Shown: positions 40,468 through 54,427 of the stretch, one piece after another
Layout of the letters: every line of letters starts with the position of its first letter
Numbering within the stretch: position 1 is the stretch's first letter
From: Octopus vulgaris
Lineage: Eukaryota
Assembly: GCA_951406725.2 (NCBI GenBank)
Contig: OX597840.1
Location: forward strand, 34,658,001-34,722,000
Direction: 5' to 3'
DNA: 64,000 bases
Program-made: the position numbers and the translations under genes
The notes under the pieces: generated by a model
Told to the model about the DNA's origin: nothing
What the model saw: only the letters and a program-made list of their open reading frames with translations
Database searches by the model: none

Positions 40468-40599
40468 CTTAGGTTATACATCTGGATTCTTTGGTTGGTG
40501 AGAAAGATGACAAGGGTCTTTAATAAATTGATTTCAATCTATAAGGAAGGATGTCACATAACTTTCGCAGTGGGTAAGATGCATACATGAGTAGGTATA

Positions 40600-42030
<1,431 letters not shown>

Positions 42031-44531
42031 ACAGACACATGTATGTCCCTTATTTTATCTTTCATATCTTGCTCCAGTCACCCAACAGCAGCCATCCTGG
42101 GGTACAACCTATTTATTTTAAGTATGTTAGGTAAACAGTATGTCTCTTTTGTTAACGGGGACATAAACAAACCAACACCAGTTGTCAAATTCTTGCAGGT
42201 GACAAACACAATCTCACACACACACGCACATGCACACATACACACACACGTCCTTGCCCCTGCACTCAATCTGCCCCTCTCCCCAATAACCCAGCTTCCT
42301 AACACCTCTCCCTCCCTGGCTCAGCTCTCCCTGTATTTCTCCCCTTTCACACCCCTGTGAACCCATCCACACAGTGTATATCCCTGTCAAGTCTCTTCCC
42401 TGCAACATATCCACCCCACCCCCTAAAACCCCCTCCTTCTACCCTGCTGCTACATTCCTTCCCCTTCCCTCCATCTCCATCTCCATCTCCCCTCCCCTCC
42501 ATCTCCATCTCCCCTCCCCTCCATCTCCATCTCCCCTTCCCTCCATCTCCATCTCCCCTTTCGCAATCTCACGAACTTACCCACCCACTCCACTCCACTC
42601 CACTCCACTCCACTCCACTCCACTCCACTCACCCTATCCAATCCTGTGTTCCACTTCACTTATATACACCTCTCCAGAATTTGAGTTTATCCCCCATCTC
42701 ATCACAGCTCTATCTTCTCTCTTCCCACCTCCCTCTCTCTCTCTCTCATTCTCTCTCCTCTCCCCCTCTCTTTCCTCTCCTCCTCTTTAGCCTCTCCCTC
42801 TCTCTCTCTCCTCTCCCCCTCTCTCCTCCTCGTCTCTCCCTTTCCCCTCTCTCCCCAATTGATGTAGCTACGTATCCCCTTTACTGCAAGACACCTGCTT
42901 CTATCCCCCTATTTTTACTCTAACCCCTCATCACATGGCACAAAGCCATCTCCTTCAATGTCATTCCTCTCCTCAGCTGAGGGATCTTGTTTTGCAAGTT
43001 ACTTGGTTTCTGCACTGGTGATGGTACCACACGAAAAGCACCTCCTGTCCACACTCTGTAAAGTGGTTGGCATTAGGAAGGGCATCCAGCCACAGAAACC
43101 ATGCCAAAACAGACAACTGGAGCCAGGCGCAGCCTTCTGGCTTTGCCAGTTCCGGTCAAACCGTCCAATCCATGCCAACATTGAAAAAGGATGCTAAATG
43201 ATGATGATGATGATAATGATTTGAGTGTGTATTTGCACATGTGTAAGCATATGCCTCTACACACATACAGCATACTCAGAGATAATCTCATACAGCTGTA
43301 CTTATTCACTGCTGACAGAATTTCCAGGCACCTATTAATTCCTCGTAATCCTCTAACAAAGATTATGGGATGTGATATTTATAAAAGCACTGTGATGATG
43401 GTGGCGGCGGTGGCGGTGGTGGTGGTGGAGAAGGATGTGGTGGAAGCGGTGGAAGATGTGGTGGTGGTGGTGGTGGTGGTGGTGGAGAAGGATGTGGTGG
43501 AAGCGGTGGAAGATGTGGTAGTGGTGGTGGTGGTGGTGGTGGTGGTGGTGGTGGTGGTGTATCGGAGTGTTCTATCAAAAGGAGGAAGCAAACAAGGACT
43601 TAACGGATAATAATTTGTTGGTTTAACTTGGCATTTCCATTATGAGCTTCTATATCCTTGTGTTAATTAATTAATTAATTGACATGATGTGTTTTCTAAT
43701 TACTATCGCTCTTCCGTTGTCATCATCATCACCACCACCACTGCCGCTGTCGCCACCACCACCACCACCACCACCACCACCACCAACACCACCACCAACA
43801 CCACCACCAGCACCACCACCACCACCAGCACCAGCACCACCAGCACCACCACCACTGTCACCACCACCACCACCACCACCATATAATGTCTGACTTCTAT
43901 GCTGGTTTGGATTGGACAGTCTCACAGGATCTGATGAACCACATGGCCCAGTGGTTAGAGTGTCGGGCTCAAAATCATGAGGCAGTGAGTTCAATTCCCG
44001 GCCTAGCTGGTTAATGCCTTGCTCTGATGTTTATGACCAACGGCTGATGACTTTTGTAAATTTTGTTTCTCTTTTTTTCACAGGTGTCACTGTGTGCTTC
44101 CCAACTGTATGGTTTTCGGTTCAGTTTGTGTGTGTGTGTTTGTCCCCTACCCCCAACATCGCTTACGTCCCCGTTACCTAGCGGTTCGGCAAAAGAGACC
44201 AATAGAATAAGTACTAGGCTTACAAAAATATTCCTGGGGTCGATTTGCTCGACTAAAGGCGGTGCTCCAGCATGGCCACAGTATGAAGATGATTTAGATC
44301 TCATATAGAAGCAGTTGTTGAAGCTGAAGGTGGCTTTATTGAATAACATTAGAGAAAAGAAGGTTTATTTTTAACCTCATAACATTTTTTTTAATAAATA
44401 AAGTTATCTGGGTTTTTTTTATAAGCACAAATCTGTCCTCAAATATTTTATGCACCCTGTATATATGTGTGTATGTATATATGAAGAGCTTACTTTCAAA
44501 ACCAGACATATGCATTGGAATGAGTTTTGAG

Positions 44532-45048
44532 TACCGTAAATCCTCGAGTATAGTCCGCCCTTGAGTATAATACTCAGGGGATTTTTAGGGGGCTGTACCT
44601 CTGAAAAACCTAAACTTTGTGTATAATATGCATCCCTTCTCTAACATGAGTCAAGGAGGTCTATATAACATCCTTGGTTTGTAAAACTGTATACGGTAAC
44701 GTCCTTTATTATTATTGTATATATAACATAATGCAAACGTGTAGCTTTTTTGTGCATTTTGTTTGCAGAAAATAAAGAAATAACAGTAATAACGTTTAAT
44801 AAATGTTGCTTACTGCAAGTTATGGATGATTCTTTTATGACTTCATTGCTTTCAGGCTTAGCTTAAGGTATTTTCGCGCCCGACATCACAAAATGCGTCT
44901 GAATAAACATTGCCGGACACAAAAAAGAGACTTGGACATTGCTTAGAAAATATTTTTCATTTTTAACCTCATATATATAGAACGCACTAGGGATTTTGAC
45001 CTTTAAATTCTGGGGAAAAATGCAGATTATACTCGAGGATTTACGGTA
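44532..45048. mobile_element. Tc1/mariner-pogo-type MITE
   Basis: Perfect TIR TACCGTAAATCCTCGAGTATA ... TATACTCGAGGATTTACGGTA with TA ends. Confidence 0.85.
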
Positions 45049-46275
45049 ATTATTTAAAATGACAACTTGAATATGTCTGATTTTGATTGTAAGACTAAAT
45101 TCAGCAAGGTGGTGCCTCAGTTTGGCTGCAATCCAATGATTGAAGCCGGTAAAAGATAGACGATGTATTTTTAACTAAATGGCTCTCAAGCTGTCTATTT
45201 TTTCTTATTTTATCAGGGTACTAGTTTTGTCATATTATAAGCCCAAAATGCAGGGTCACAAAAGAATATTTTGAGGTTGACAACCTGGAGAATAAAAATT
45301 TGTAAGGTGTGATTTGTGAAGAAGACAGAGGCCTTTGGGTGGATACCAGGTGAGGGGGTACTTGTGCCTTTCATCCTTTCCGGGTGGATAAATTAAGTAC
45401 CAGTTGTCGCACTGGAGTGAAGCAGAAATGTAATTGACTAATGAGATCCCTTATTGCTGTCCTTGTCACTCTTGACACTGTCGTCGTTAGTAGTCATGGT
45501 GATGGAGGTGGGGAGCGAAGAAGGAGGAGGGCCTGCCGACAGTGGCACTACACACAAATCTGACAACCGTAACTAATTAACAAGGTGATTACATGTATTA
45601 GAGCATGCCTAATTAAAACGAACATGAAAAACATAATGGTGTGTGTGTGTGTGTGTGTGTGGGAATGCATCTAAGTATGCATAGATGTGATGGGCATACA
45701 TGGACGTTTGGATGTGTGTGCTTGGTCTGTGTTGATATACATATGGTTGTACGTGTATAAAGATATATACATACAGGTGTGGCTGGGTGGTAAGAAGCTT
45801 GCGGCGACCTGGCAGAAACGTTAGCATGCCGGGCGAAATGCTAAGCGGTATTTCGTCTACCGTTACGTTCTGAGTTCAAATTCAGCCGAGGTCAACTTTG
45901 CCTTTCATCCTTTCGGGGTTGATCAAATAACTACCAGTTACACACTGGGGTCGATGTAATCGACTTAATCCCTTTGTCTGTCCCATCTATGTTTAACCCC
46001 TTGTGGGTAGTAAAGAAATAAGAAGCTGCTTCCAAACCACACGGTTTTGGGTTCATTTCCACTGTGTGGCACCTTAGGCAAGCCTTGTGAGTGGATTTGG
46101 GAGGTGGAAATTGAAAGAAGCCCATCATATACATACATGCATACATACATACAAACATACACTCATACATACATACATATATACATACATACATATATAC
46201 ATACATACATACATACATACATGCATACATACATACATACATACGTACATACATACATACATACATACATGCATG

Positions 46276-46307
<32 letters not shown>

Positions 46308-46374
46308 AAAGTTTGTCTCGTCGACTAACCGTTTCCCACAAAAATTTTTTTTTTAAAACCTCTTTTAGAAATAA

Positions 46375-46753
46375 CTAGCAGTATAGCCCAGCGTTGCTCG
46401 GGCTTGTTTTCTTTTCGACCCTTTAGAATTGGAATTTTTGAAAAGTAAAAATTTTGCATTATGTAGCTTGTTATTCTCTTTAAGTGAACATTTTTCTGGT
46501 TGAAATACACCGAAAAATGGCGACACAGCAGTCAAAAAATCGTAAAAAAATAGGGATTTTCATAGAAAAAAAGCACCTTTTTGATGTAAATAATTTTTGG
46601 TGTTAACATGGTCCGATTTGAATTGAAGAGCAAGCCTTCTTCTATCATACTCTCAATTTTGGTCAACTTGTGCCGCAGGGTCTCAGAGGAGATAGTGTTA
46701 GTTGAAGGCTACCAAACCTGCCACACACAGACAACTTCAGCTTTATATATAGA
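46375..46753 (-). mobile_element. Non-autonomous Helitron (third family)
   Basis: Minus strand starts TCTATATATAAAG and ends CCCGAGCAACGCTGGG-ctatactg-CTAG|T. Confidence 0.8.
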
Positions 46754-47450
46754 GAGATAATGACATCAATATAACTAGACACTTTTTGGGCTGCTTCCTT
46801 CTCAGGATGTGCCTGGAAAATAAAGGTTTTTGTAAAACATTCCGCATTGTTAACAGCTTTTTATGTTTTTCTTTTCTTTTTCTGTACAACAATGCTCTTA
46901 AAAAAAAAAAAAAAACTAACATTTATTAAATCAGAATTAAGTCACAATTAAAAACAAAAATCTATATTTTTTAAAAATGATTTATTAAAATATATAAATT
47001 TATATATATTCGTAGTCACATATTGTCCAATCACCGAATAGTATTATTATTACTATTTTTATCAACATCACTTAAAAGATAATACTTGTAGATGAGTGTA
47101 TATACAGTAGTCAAAGAGTGTGTCCACGATGTGGTCAAGGTCAGGATGAGATGATTGGGTACAGCATTTTAGGACATTGACAATTTGGCATGGCTGACTG
47201 GACGCTGGACCTGTTTTGCCTACAGTGCTTTTCGGCACTGGAGACAACGACTCCCACACATACACAGAAATATACATGCAGAGAGAGAGGGGGAGGGAGA
47301 GAGGCATTACAATTTATTAATTGAACACAGCTGACATAAAGACTTCTCCTCTCCTCATAAACAGGGAGAGAGTGAAAGGGAGAGACAATACAATTGCAAA
47401 CACGATTTACAGACACTTTCTCTCTCCTCTGTCACGTAAGGAAAAATATG

Positions 47451-47880
47451 GGATCTTTTCGGTTTGAACGGCAGTTTTTTAAAATAATTTCTAGGTAACT
47501 AAACACTTTTAAACTTCGTATTCTGGTAGAATGTGTTTATAAAACATCTTTTTCTCTTGGCTTTATTGAGAAAATTCTATAGTTTGTAACATATTTGTTT
47601 TTTTGTTTTTTTCAATTTCTGCAATTTCAACCAATCACTGACGTCTATTGAGGTAAAAATAAAACATTCTGTGCTGTATGAATATGTCCCTCATTTAAGA
47701 AACAGATTGGGTTTATTTACATTTGTGAAGCAAAAAAAGATACCCTTCCCCCAACCCCTAACCCTAACCCTAACCCTAAAATAGATTGAAATGCAATAGA
47801 TCGATACTAGGGTCATAATTATGGGTGACAATTTCATATGACACCGCTGGAAAAAACTGCCGTTCAAACCGAAAAGATCC
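47451..47880. mobile_element. MITE with ~30-bp TIRs and 8-bp TSD (Merlin- or hAT-like)
   Basis: GGATCTTTTCGGTTTGAACGGCAGTTTTT and its reverse complement at the ends; AAAATATG duplicated at 47443-47450 and 47881-47888; internal (CCCTAA)n at about 47753-47778. Confidence 0.88.
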
Positions 47881-48391
47881 AAAATATGTCCTCTCACATA
47901 AACAGAAAGGGGGCGGCGGACAAGAGAAACATTAAACCAACCCAAATATTCTATCCATTCTTATGTTCAAACCGGCCAGATCCAGCCTCTCACACCTACC
48001 CTACAATGTCATTCTAAAAATAAACAAGCACACCATCGATATGTTAATTCTAGAAGATAACTACAAGATTATTTCAAAACAATATGAATAGATAAGCATT
48101 GCATTTGACAGGATAATCTGAATGCTAAAGGGTTGGAAAATCCGGTGTCAAATAAGTCAGCATCGACTCAGTGACGCCAAAGAGGCAGTGCCGAAACGGC
48201 TGTGCCGTAACGTCTCATACTTAGTCAAAGGGATGTCAATGCAGGGGGTGGGTGGGTTTTGGTCAGGATAAAAAGGTGAAAATGTGAAGAAGCAGTTTTA
48301 ATAGAAGAGAGGAAGATTCAAAAACAGGAATGAGAAAAGTTTGAAGTCTAAAAAGGTTTTTCTAGAAATTCTGTGAAATTTTATGTAAGTT

Positions 48392-48503
<112 letters not shown>

Positions 48504-48550
48504 TACATACAGATATATAAATATATATGCATATATACACATATGCATAG

Positions 48551-48600
<50 letters not shown>

Positions 48601-48643
48601 TCGTTTAACATCCGTTTTAAATGATGATATATATATATATGAA

Positions 48644-48845
48644 TGTGTGTGTATTCTTGTGCATGTATATATGTATTCATATGTCAGTATATTTATGTAG
48701 TATATATAAATATATATATATATATATCTGAATAGATATATGTATACACACATTCATATATATATATATATTGTCGTTTAACATCCGTTTTAAATGATGA
48801 TATATATATATATATATATGAACGTGTGTATACATATTTCTATTC

Positions 48846-48906
<61 letters not shown>

Positions 48907-49247
48907 GAAATGAAGAAAATGCTGACAAAATAATTTAAGTAATTTAAGTAATTTAATTAGGTGAAAGTTCTAGCAAACCCAACATAAAGTCAGATAAGAG
49001 GGAAAAAATCTATCTCTCTTAAAAAAATTATCTTTTGATAAGCATAACAAATGCACAACCGGTAAAAAGAACTTTCACCTAATTAAATTACTTAAGTTAT
49101 TTTGTCAGCATTTTCTTCATTTCCTTTTTTATATATCACAACTCGTGTTCCACATCTCCTTTTTTAAAAAAAAAAATATATATATATATACTACATAAAT
49201 ATATTAACATATGAATACACATATACATGCACAAGAACACACACACA
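48644..49247. repeat. Nested inverted repeat (fold-back) 3' of heme oxygenase
   Basis: Outer arms 48644-48708 / 49183-49247; inner arms 48902-48971 / 49068-49130. Confidence 0.8.
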
Positions 49248-49622
49248 CACACACACTGACATGCATCATTGAACTAGGTTTGACTGTGACATAAAAAAAA
49301 AAGAAACACCAGTCAAACGAGCTGTCAGATAAAACTTGAAGTCTTCGTGTAAAACAAATTTATTTTCCTAATAAATTTAACTCTACTTTTATTAACGAAT
49401 ATCCCATTAACGAATATTATTATTAACGAATATCCCATTCACAATTTTTTTTAATAGGAAGACAGGTTTCTTTACGAAAAAGAATGAAGAGCACTGAACC
49501 ATATTTTGAGTTTATTTTTCTCTCTTTTCCTTATCACATTTGTGGAAGCTTTGAGGAAATAATCTTAAACTATGGGGGGGTGGAAAAAATAATTAGAAGT
49601 CAACAGAATGGATCACAGCTCA

Positions 49623-50372
49623 TTATGAGGAACTGAATAGACTTTTGAAATGATTATAGAACGTTTCCATCTTCGATGGATCGCTAGAAATGTTTTCTTG
49701 GGGCAATTTCATTTTCTGAACAAAATCATTCATGTCCTTAAAGAGATCGATATTGAACTGGAACGACTTCTTTGCTTCGGCGACCAGCTCTGCCAGTTGG
49801 TCGTCGTCAATGTTGATGGAATTCATGCGGCCGAAATAATACTCTTTGAAGTGGGCCACGTTGTCGATCTGGTCAAAGACAAAGAATGCAACGCCATCGT
49901 CCGAAGAACCCAAATTAAAATGCTTCATCAATTTATACTTTATTTGCCGGCCGCCCGACATGTCACCAAGGTACCGCACGTAGCAGTGAGCAATCAACAG
50001 AGTCGGGTTAGTTTTGCCCACCTCTTTTATTCTGGCCACGTATTTAGTTGTCGTCGGCGCTTGACTCTTTGCTTCTTCCTTCCAGTTGGCGCCATAGTAA
50101 TACTCCAGATCCTTCTCGATTGCTCCAACACGGTTGAACTCGGTCGGGAAATGTGTCACTCCGAATGTCTCGTGTTCTTTGTTGAGTTCAGCCGCTTCTT
50201 CGATTGCCTTGTAGATTTCGTAAAGTTCTGCAAGGAACTGGCGGTAGATAGCAGGGGTCACAGTCCCTTTCATAATCGACTGAGTGAAGATCCCATTTTC
50301 GGCTTCCTCGTGCTCTTTCGCTACTCCGGTTTTCAACGAGTCGTGGATGCTCAAACTCTCAACAGCGGCCAT
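49623..50372 (-). CDS. HMOX: Heme oxygenase (single coding exon, 249 aa, no C-terminal TM anchor)
   Basis: Proximal-His helix LKTGVAKEHEEAEN and distal helix LLIAHCYVRYLGDMSGG, plus YKAIEE, IEKDLEYYYG..W and EAKKSFQFNIDLF, match the HO fold. In-frame TGA two codons before the ATG; strong acceptor tttctctctttcag at 50396-50395 indicates a 5' UTR intron. Confidence 0.96.
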   Translation of the reverse strand: MAAVESLSIHDSLKTGVAKEHEEAENGIFTQSIMKGTVTPAIYRQFLAELYEIYKAIEEAAELNKEHETFGVTHFPTEFNRVGAIEKDLEYYYGANWKEEAKSQAPTTTKYVARIKEVGKTNPTLLIAHCYVRYLGDMSGGRQIKYKLMKHFNLGSSDDGVAFFVFDQIDNVAHFKEYYFGRMNSINIDDDQLAELVAEAKKSFQFNIDLFKDMNDFVQKMKLPQENISSDPSKMETFYNHFKSLFSSS

Positions 50373-50479
50373 CTTTCAATGTTTCTGATATTGGCTGAAA
50401 GAGAGAAAAGAGAAAAGAGAAATGGATAAATACAGAGTCACTGAAACGCATATATACATGCATGCATACATAGATACTA

Positions 50480-51167
50480 TACGAGGGGTGGGGCTGAACA
50501 GTTCCTGGCTTTGGGTAAAAGAAAATACAGGAAGAATCAGTTAATTATGATTTTATCCAACATATTCCCCCCTCAGATACACACACTTATTGCAGCGGTC
50601 CTTCAGTTTTTCTAAGCCCTGTTAAAGAACTCAAAAGGTCAGGCCTCTAATCAGGCATATAATGACACCCTTAAAGCCAGGGAATTTTCTGTACCCGCTT
50701 ATATATATATTTTATACATACATATGAGGGGTGTTGAAAAGTTCCTGGCTTCAGGTAAAAGAAAATCCAGGAGGATCAATTAATTATGATTTTATTCAAC
50801 ATATTCCCCTCTCAGATTCACACACTTATTGCAGTGGTCCTTCAGTTTTTCTGAGCCCTGTAAAAGAACTTGGAAGTTTGGGCCCCTAACCAAACATTTC
50901 ACGACACCCTTAAAACCAAGAACTTTTCTGCCCCCACCTCATATATATATCTTTTATATACATATGAGGAGTGTTAAAAATTTCCTGGCTTTGGGTAAAA
51001 GAAAATAGAGGAGGATCAGTTAATTATGATTTTATCCAACATATTCCCCCCTCAGATTCACACACTTATTGCAGTGGTCCTTCAGCTTTTCCAAGCCCTG
51101 TTAAGGAACTCAGAAGAGGCCTTCCATGATACCCTTAAAGCCAGGAACTTTTCAGCACCTCCTTGTA
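50480..51167. mobile_element. Three tandem mariner-derived MITEs (~240-bp period)
   Basis: Copies at about 50480-50703, 50723-50943 and 50963-51167; TIR resembling TACGAGGGG.GCTGAAAAGTTCCTGGCTTT; minus strand retains a transposase tail of the KLKD.CNKCVNLRGEYVE* type. Confidence 0.8.
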
Positions 51168-52689
51168 CATTTTATATATATATATATACATAATTAATAA
51201 TATCAGGGTAATAAAGATTTTAGAAATTTTTACCACCAGTGTCCTAGCGTATAGGAAAATTAGTCAATAGATTATATATTATTCATATAAAAGTACAGTG
51301 TAAATTTAAACACATTAAGAGGTTTCCATCACAGGAATTCTTTTTGCTAGAAAGAACAGCTAAAGTCCAAACCACTAATTAGGGATAAATTCTCGAAGGG
51401 AATGAAAAATAAAAACAGATGGTAAATACAAATAACAAAGACAACTGAAGTCAAAGGTAAATGTTATTAGGAAGATAAAAAGACATAGAATAACGGTCCC
51501 TTGTTGGATAGGAGAGGAAATTCCAGGGAAGAGAGGAAAAGAAACGAAAAGGGGAGGACCAGGAAAAATCTCATGTGGTTTAGAGATACATGTTCAACCT
51601 GTGACTGAGGTGTATGGATATGTATCTTTTACTCTTTTACTTGTTTCAGTCATGTGACTGTGGCCATGCTGGAGCACCGCCTTTAGTTGAACAAATTCAC
51701 CCCAGGACTTATTCTTTGTAAGCCTAGTACTTATTCTATCGGTCTTTTGCCGAACCGCTAAGTGACGGGGACGTAAACACACCAGCATCGTTTTCTTAAT
51801 CCCAGCCTATAAAAAAGGCGGGGCTTCTGTTAGGGGCCCACGAAATTCAAGTCTCATGGAACGGAACCAAACTGTTTTAAATAACATTAGTAGCTCTCAC
51901 TAAATTGGTCGAGGGCCTTTCTGCTTTGTTTGTCCATTCTCTCTCGAGTGTATGTGTGTGCGTGTGTATGTATGTGTGTGTATATGTGCGTGTGTGTGTG
52001 TGTGTGTGTATGTGTGTGCGTGTGTGTGTGTATGTGTGTTAGTGTGTGTGTATGTGTGTGCATGAGTGCGTGCGTGTGTATGTGTGTGCGTGCGTGCGTG
52101 TGTATGTGTGTGCGTGCGTGTGCATGCGTGCGTGTGCGTGTGTGTGTGTGTGTGCGTGCGTGTATGTGGGTGCATGCGTGTATGTGTGTATGCGTGTGTG
52201 TGTGTGTGTTGGTTCATTTTTACGGTCGGATTTCCCAAGTTTGCCCGAGATGAACGAATTAGTTATTGAGGTCATATTTACAGCCAAATGTCGTCGTTCT
52301 TCTTGTTGTTTTTTTCTTTTTTTTTTTCCAGAAACAGGGATTCCTTAATCCGTGCGGCTTCGAAGGCACGAAAAAAGCGGGCGATTTATTGACGGAAAAC
52401 TGTCAACAGCAACAACAACCAGGACGATCACGAGACGTAAATAAACGCACGTGCGTACACACACGCATGCGCAAACAGACAGACACACACACACATATAC
52501 TCTCTTTTACTTGTTTCAGTCATGTGACTGCGGCCATGCTGGAGCACCGCCTTTTAGTCGAGCAAATCGACCCCAGGACTTATTCTTTGTAAGCCGAGTG
52601 CTGCTTATTCTATCGGTCCCTTTTGCCGAACCACTACGTAACGGGGACGTAAACACACCAGCATCGGTTGTCAAGCAATGCTAGGGGGA

Positions 52690-52737
<48 letters not shown>

Positions 52738-52924
52738 CACGATGGGTTTCTTTCAGTTTCCGTCTACCAAATCCACTCACAAGGCTTTGGTCGGCCCGGG
52801 GCTATAGCAGAAGACACTTGCCCAAGGTGCCACGCAGTGGGACTGAACCCGGAACCATGTGATTAGTAAGCAAGCTACTTACCACACAACCACTCCTGCC
52901 ACACACACACACACCCATTATCCA

Positions 52925-53816
52925 GACATGTGGCAGTAATTAAACTTCTAAAGCAATTATCATGAAAGTTTAACATTCATTTTGTTCAATTAATTAATTT
53001 TTTTTTTCAATTAAAAATGTACATCGTTGAGGTATCGCAGTACACTTAAAAACTATTAGGTACTACTTAAGAAGAGTGGTCCCGGAGCGCGCACTCGCGT
53101 ACTCGCGCTAGCTAGTCGTGACTAGTAGATCCTACAAGGACTACCTAGCAAAGTAAATAATTTTTTTAAAAACAAAGTAGGCGCAGGAGTGGCTGCGTGG
53201 TAAGTAGTTGGCTTACCAACCACATGGTTCCGGGTTCAGTCCCACTGTGTGTCACCTTGGGCAAGTGTCTTCTACTATAGCCTCAAGCCGACCAAAGCCT
53301 TGTGAGTGGATTTGGTAGACGGAAACTGAAAGAAGCCCGTCGTATATATGTATGAGTATATATATGTGTGTGTGTCTGCGTTTGTCCCCCCAACATTGCT
53401 TGACAAGCGATGCTGGTGTGTTTACGTCCCCGTTACTTAGCGGTTTGGCATAAGAGACCGATAGAATAAGTACCAGGCTTACAAAGAATAAGTCCCGGGG
53501 TCGATTTGTTCGACTAAAGGCGGTGCTCCAGCATGACCACAGTCAAATGACTGAAACAAGTAAAGAAAACAACACACAAAAACACAAAGTAAGGATCGAC
53601 TAGTCACGTCTAGCTAACGCGGATGCGCAAGTACGCGAGTGCGCACACCGGGACCGCTCTTCTTAAATAGTACGGACATGTGGCCAGTAATTAAACTTCT
53701 AAAGCAATTATCATGAAAGTCTAACATTCATTTTGTTCAATTAATTAATTAATTATTTTTTCAATTAAAAAACTACATCGTCGAGATATATCGCAGTACA
53801 CTTAAAAAAACTATTA
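52925..53816. repeat. ~135-bp direct repeats bracketing the inverted-repeat element
   Basis: gacatgtgg...aactatta at 52925-53058 and 53675-53816. Confidence 0.8.
53060..53673. mobile_element. Inverted-repeat element (~75-80 bp arms) with a SINE inside
   Basis: 53060-53133 is the reverse complement of 53592-53673 with few changes and one small indel; full SINE at about 53180-53563. Confidence 0.7.
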
Positions 53817-54390
53817 TACCTATCAGCAATTTTCAGGCTTTTGGTGCGGAACAAAACGACAAAGAGTCGGGCCTTCCCTACCAAAAACCCACATGGGACT
53901 TTCCCTCATGGTATCCCTCGCAGGGAAGCCTTTTCTAAAAGAATATCCAGGTTTTAAGTGAGAATAAATTTGAAGACCAAGTCCAGTAATCCAGCCTTTC
54001 TTCTCATTATGGTAAGTAAAAGTTATTCCTCTTTGATAAGAAATAAAATCGGGAGGACAAGGCTGCCCCGTCCCTCCATCGTCCTATTCAAAGCAATATG
54101 ATACAAGGCAATGAAGGGCCACCGTGCAGTCATCCCATTTGCTAGAAATAACAGCTGTATCTTCTACTGTTTTCGGTTATTGGAGCGCGGGAATGCTTGG
54201 GCACCAGCTTGAAGGGTTTATTCTAAGAAGTTCGCAAAAGCTGTGTGGTAAGTAGCTTGCTTACCAACGACACGGTTCCGAGTTCAGTCCCACAGCATGG
54301 CACCTTGGGCAAGTGTCTTCTACTATAGCCCCGGGCCGACCAAAGCCTTGTGAGTGGATTTGGTAGACGGAAACTGAAAGAAGCCTGTCG

Positions 54391-54427
<37 letters not shown>

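Noticed and set aside
47068-47307. 79-aa ORF with Cys/His residues
   Set aside because: No family motif or clear splice context; probably a decayed transposon edge.
49650-50429. 259-aa plus-strand ORF
   Set aside because: Antisense mirror of the heme oxygenase CDS with no recognisable motifs.
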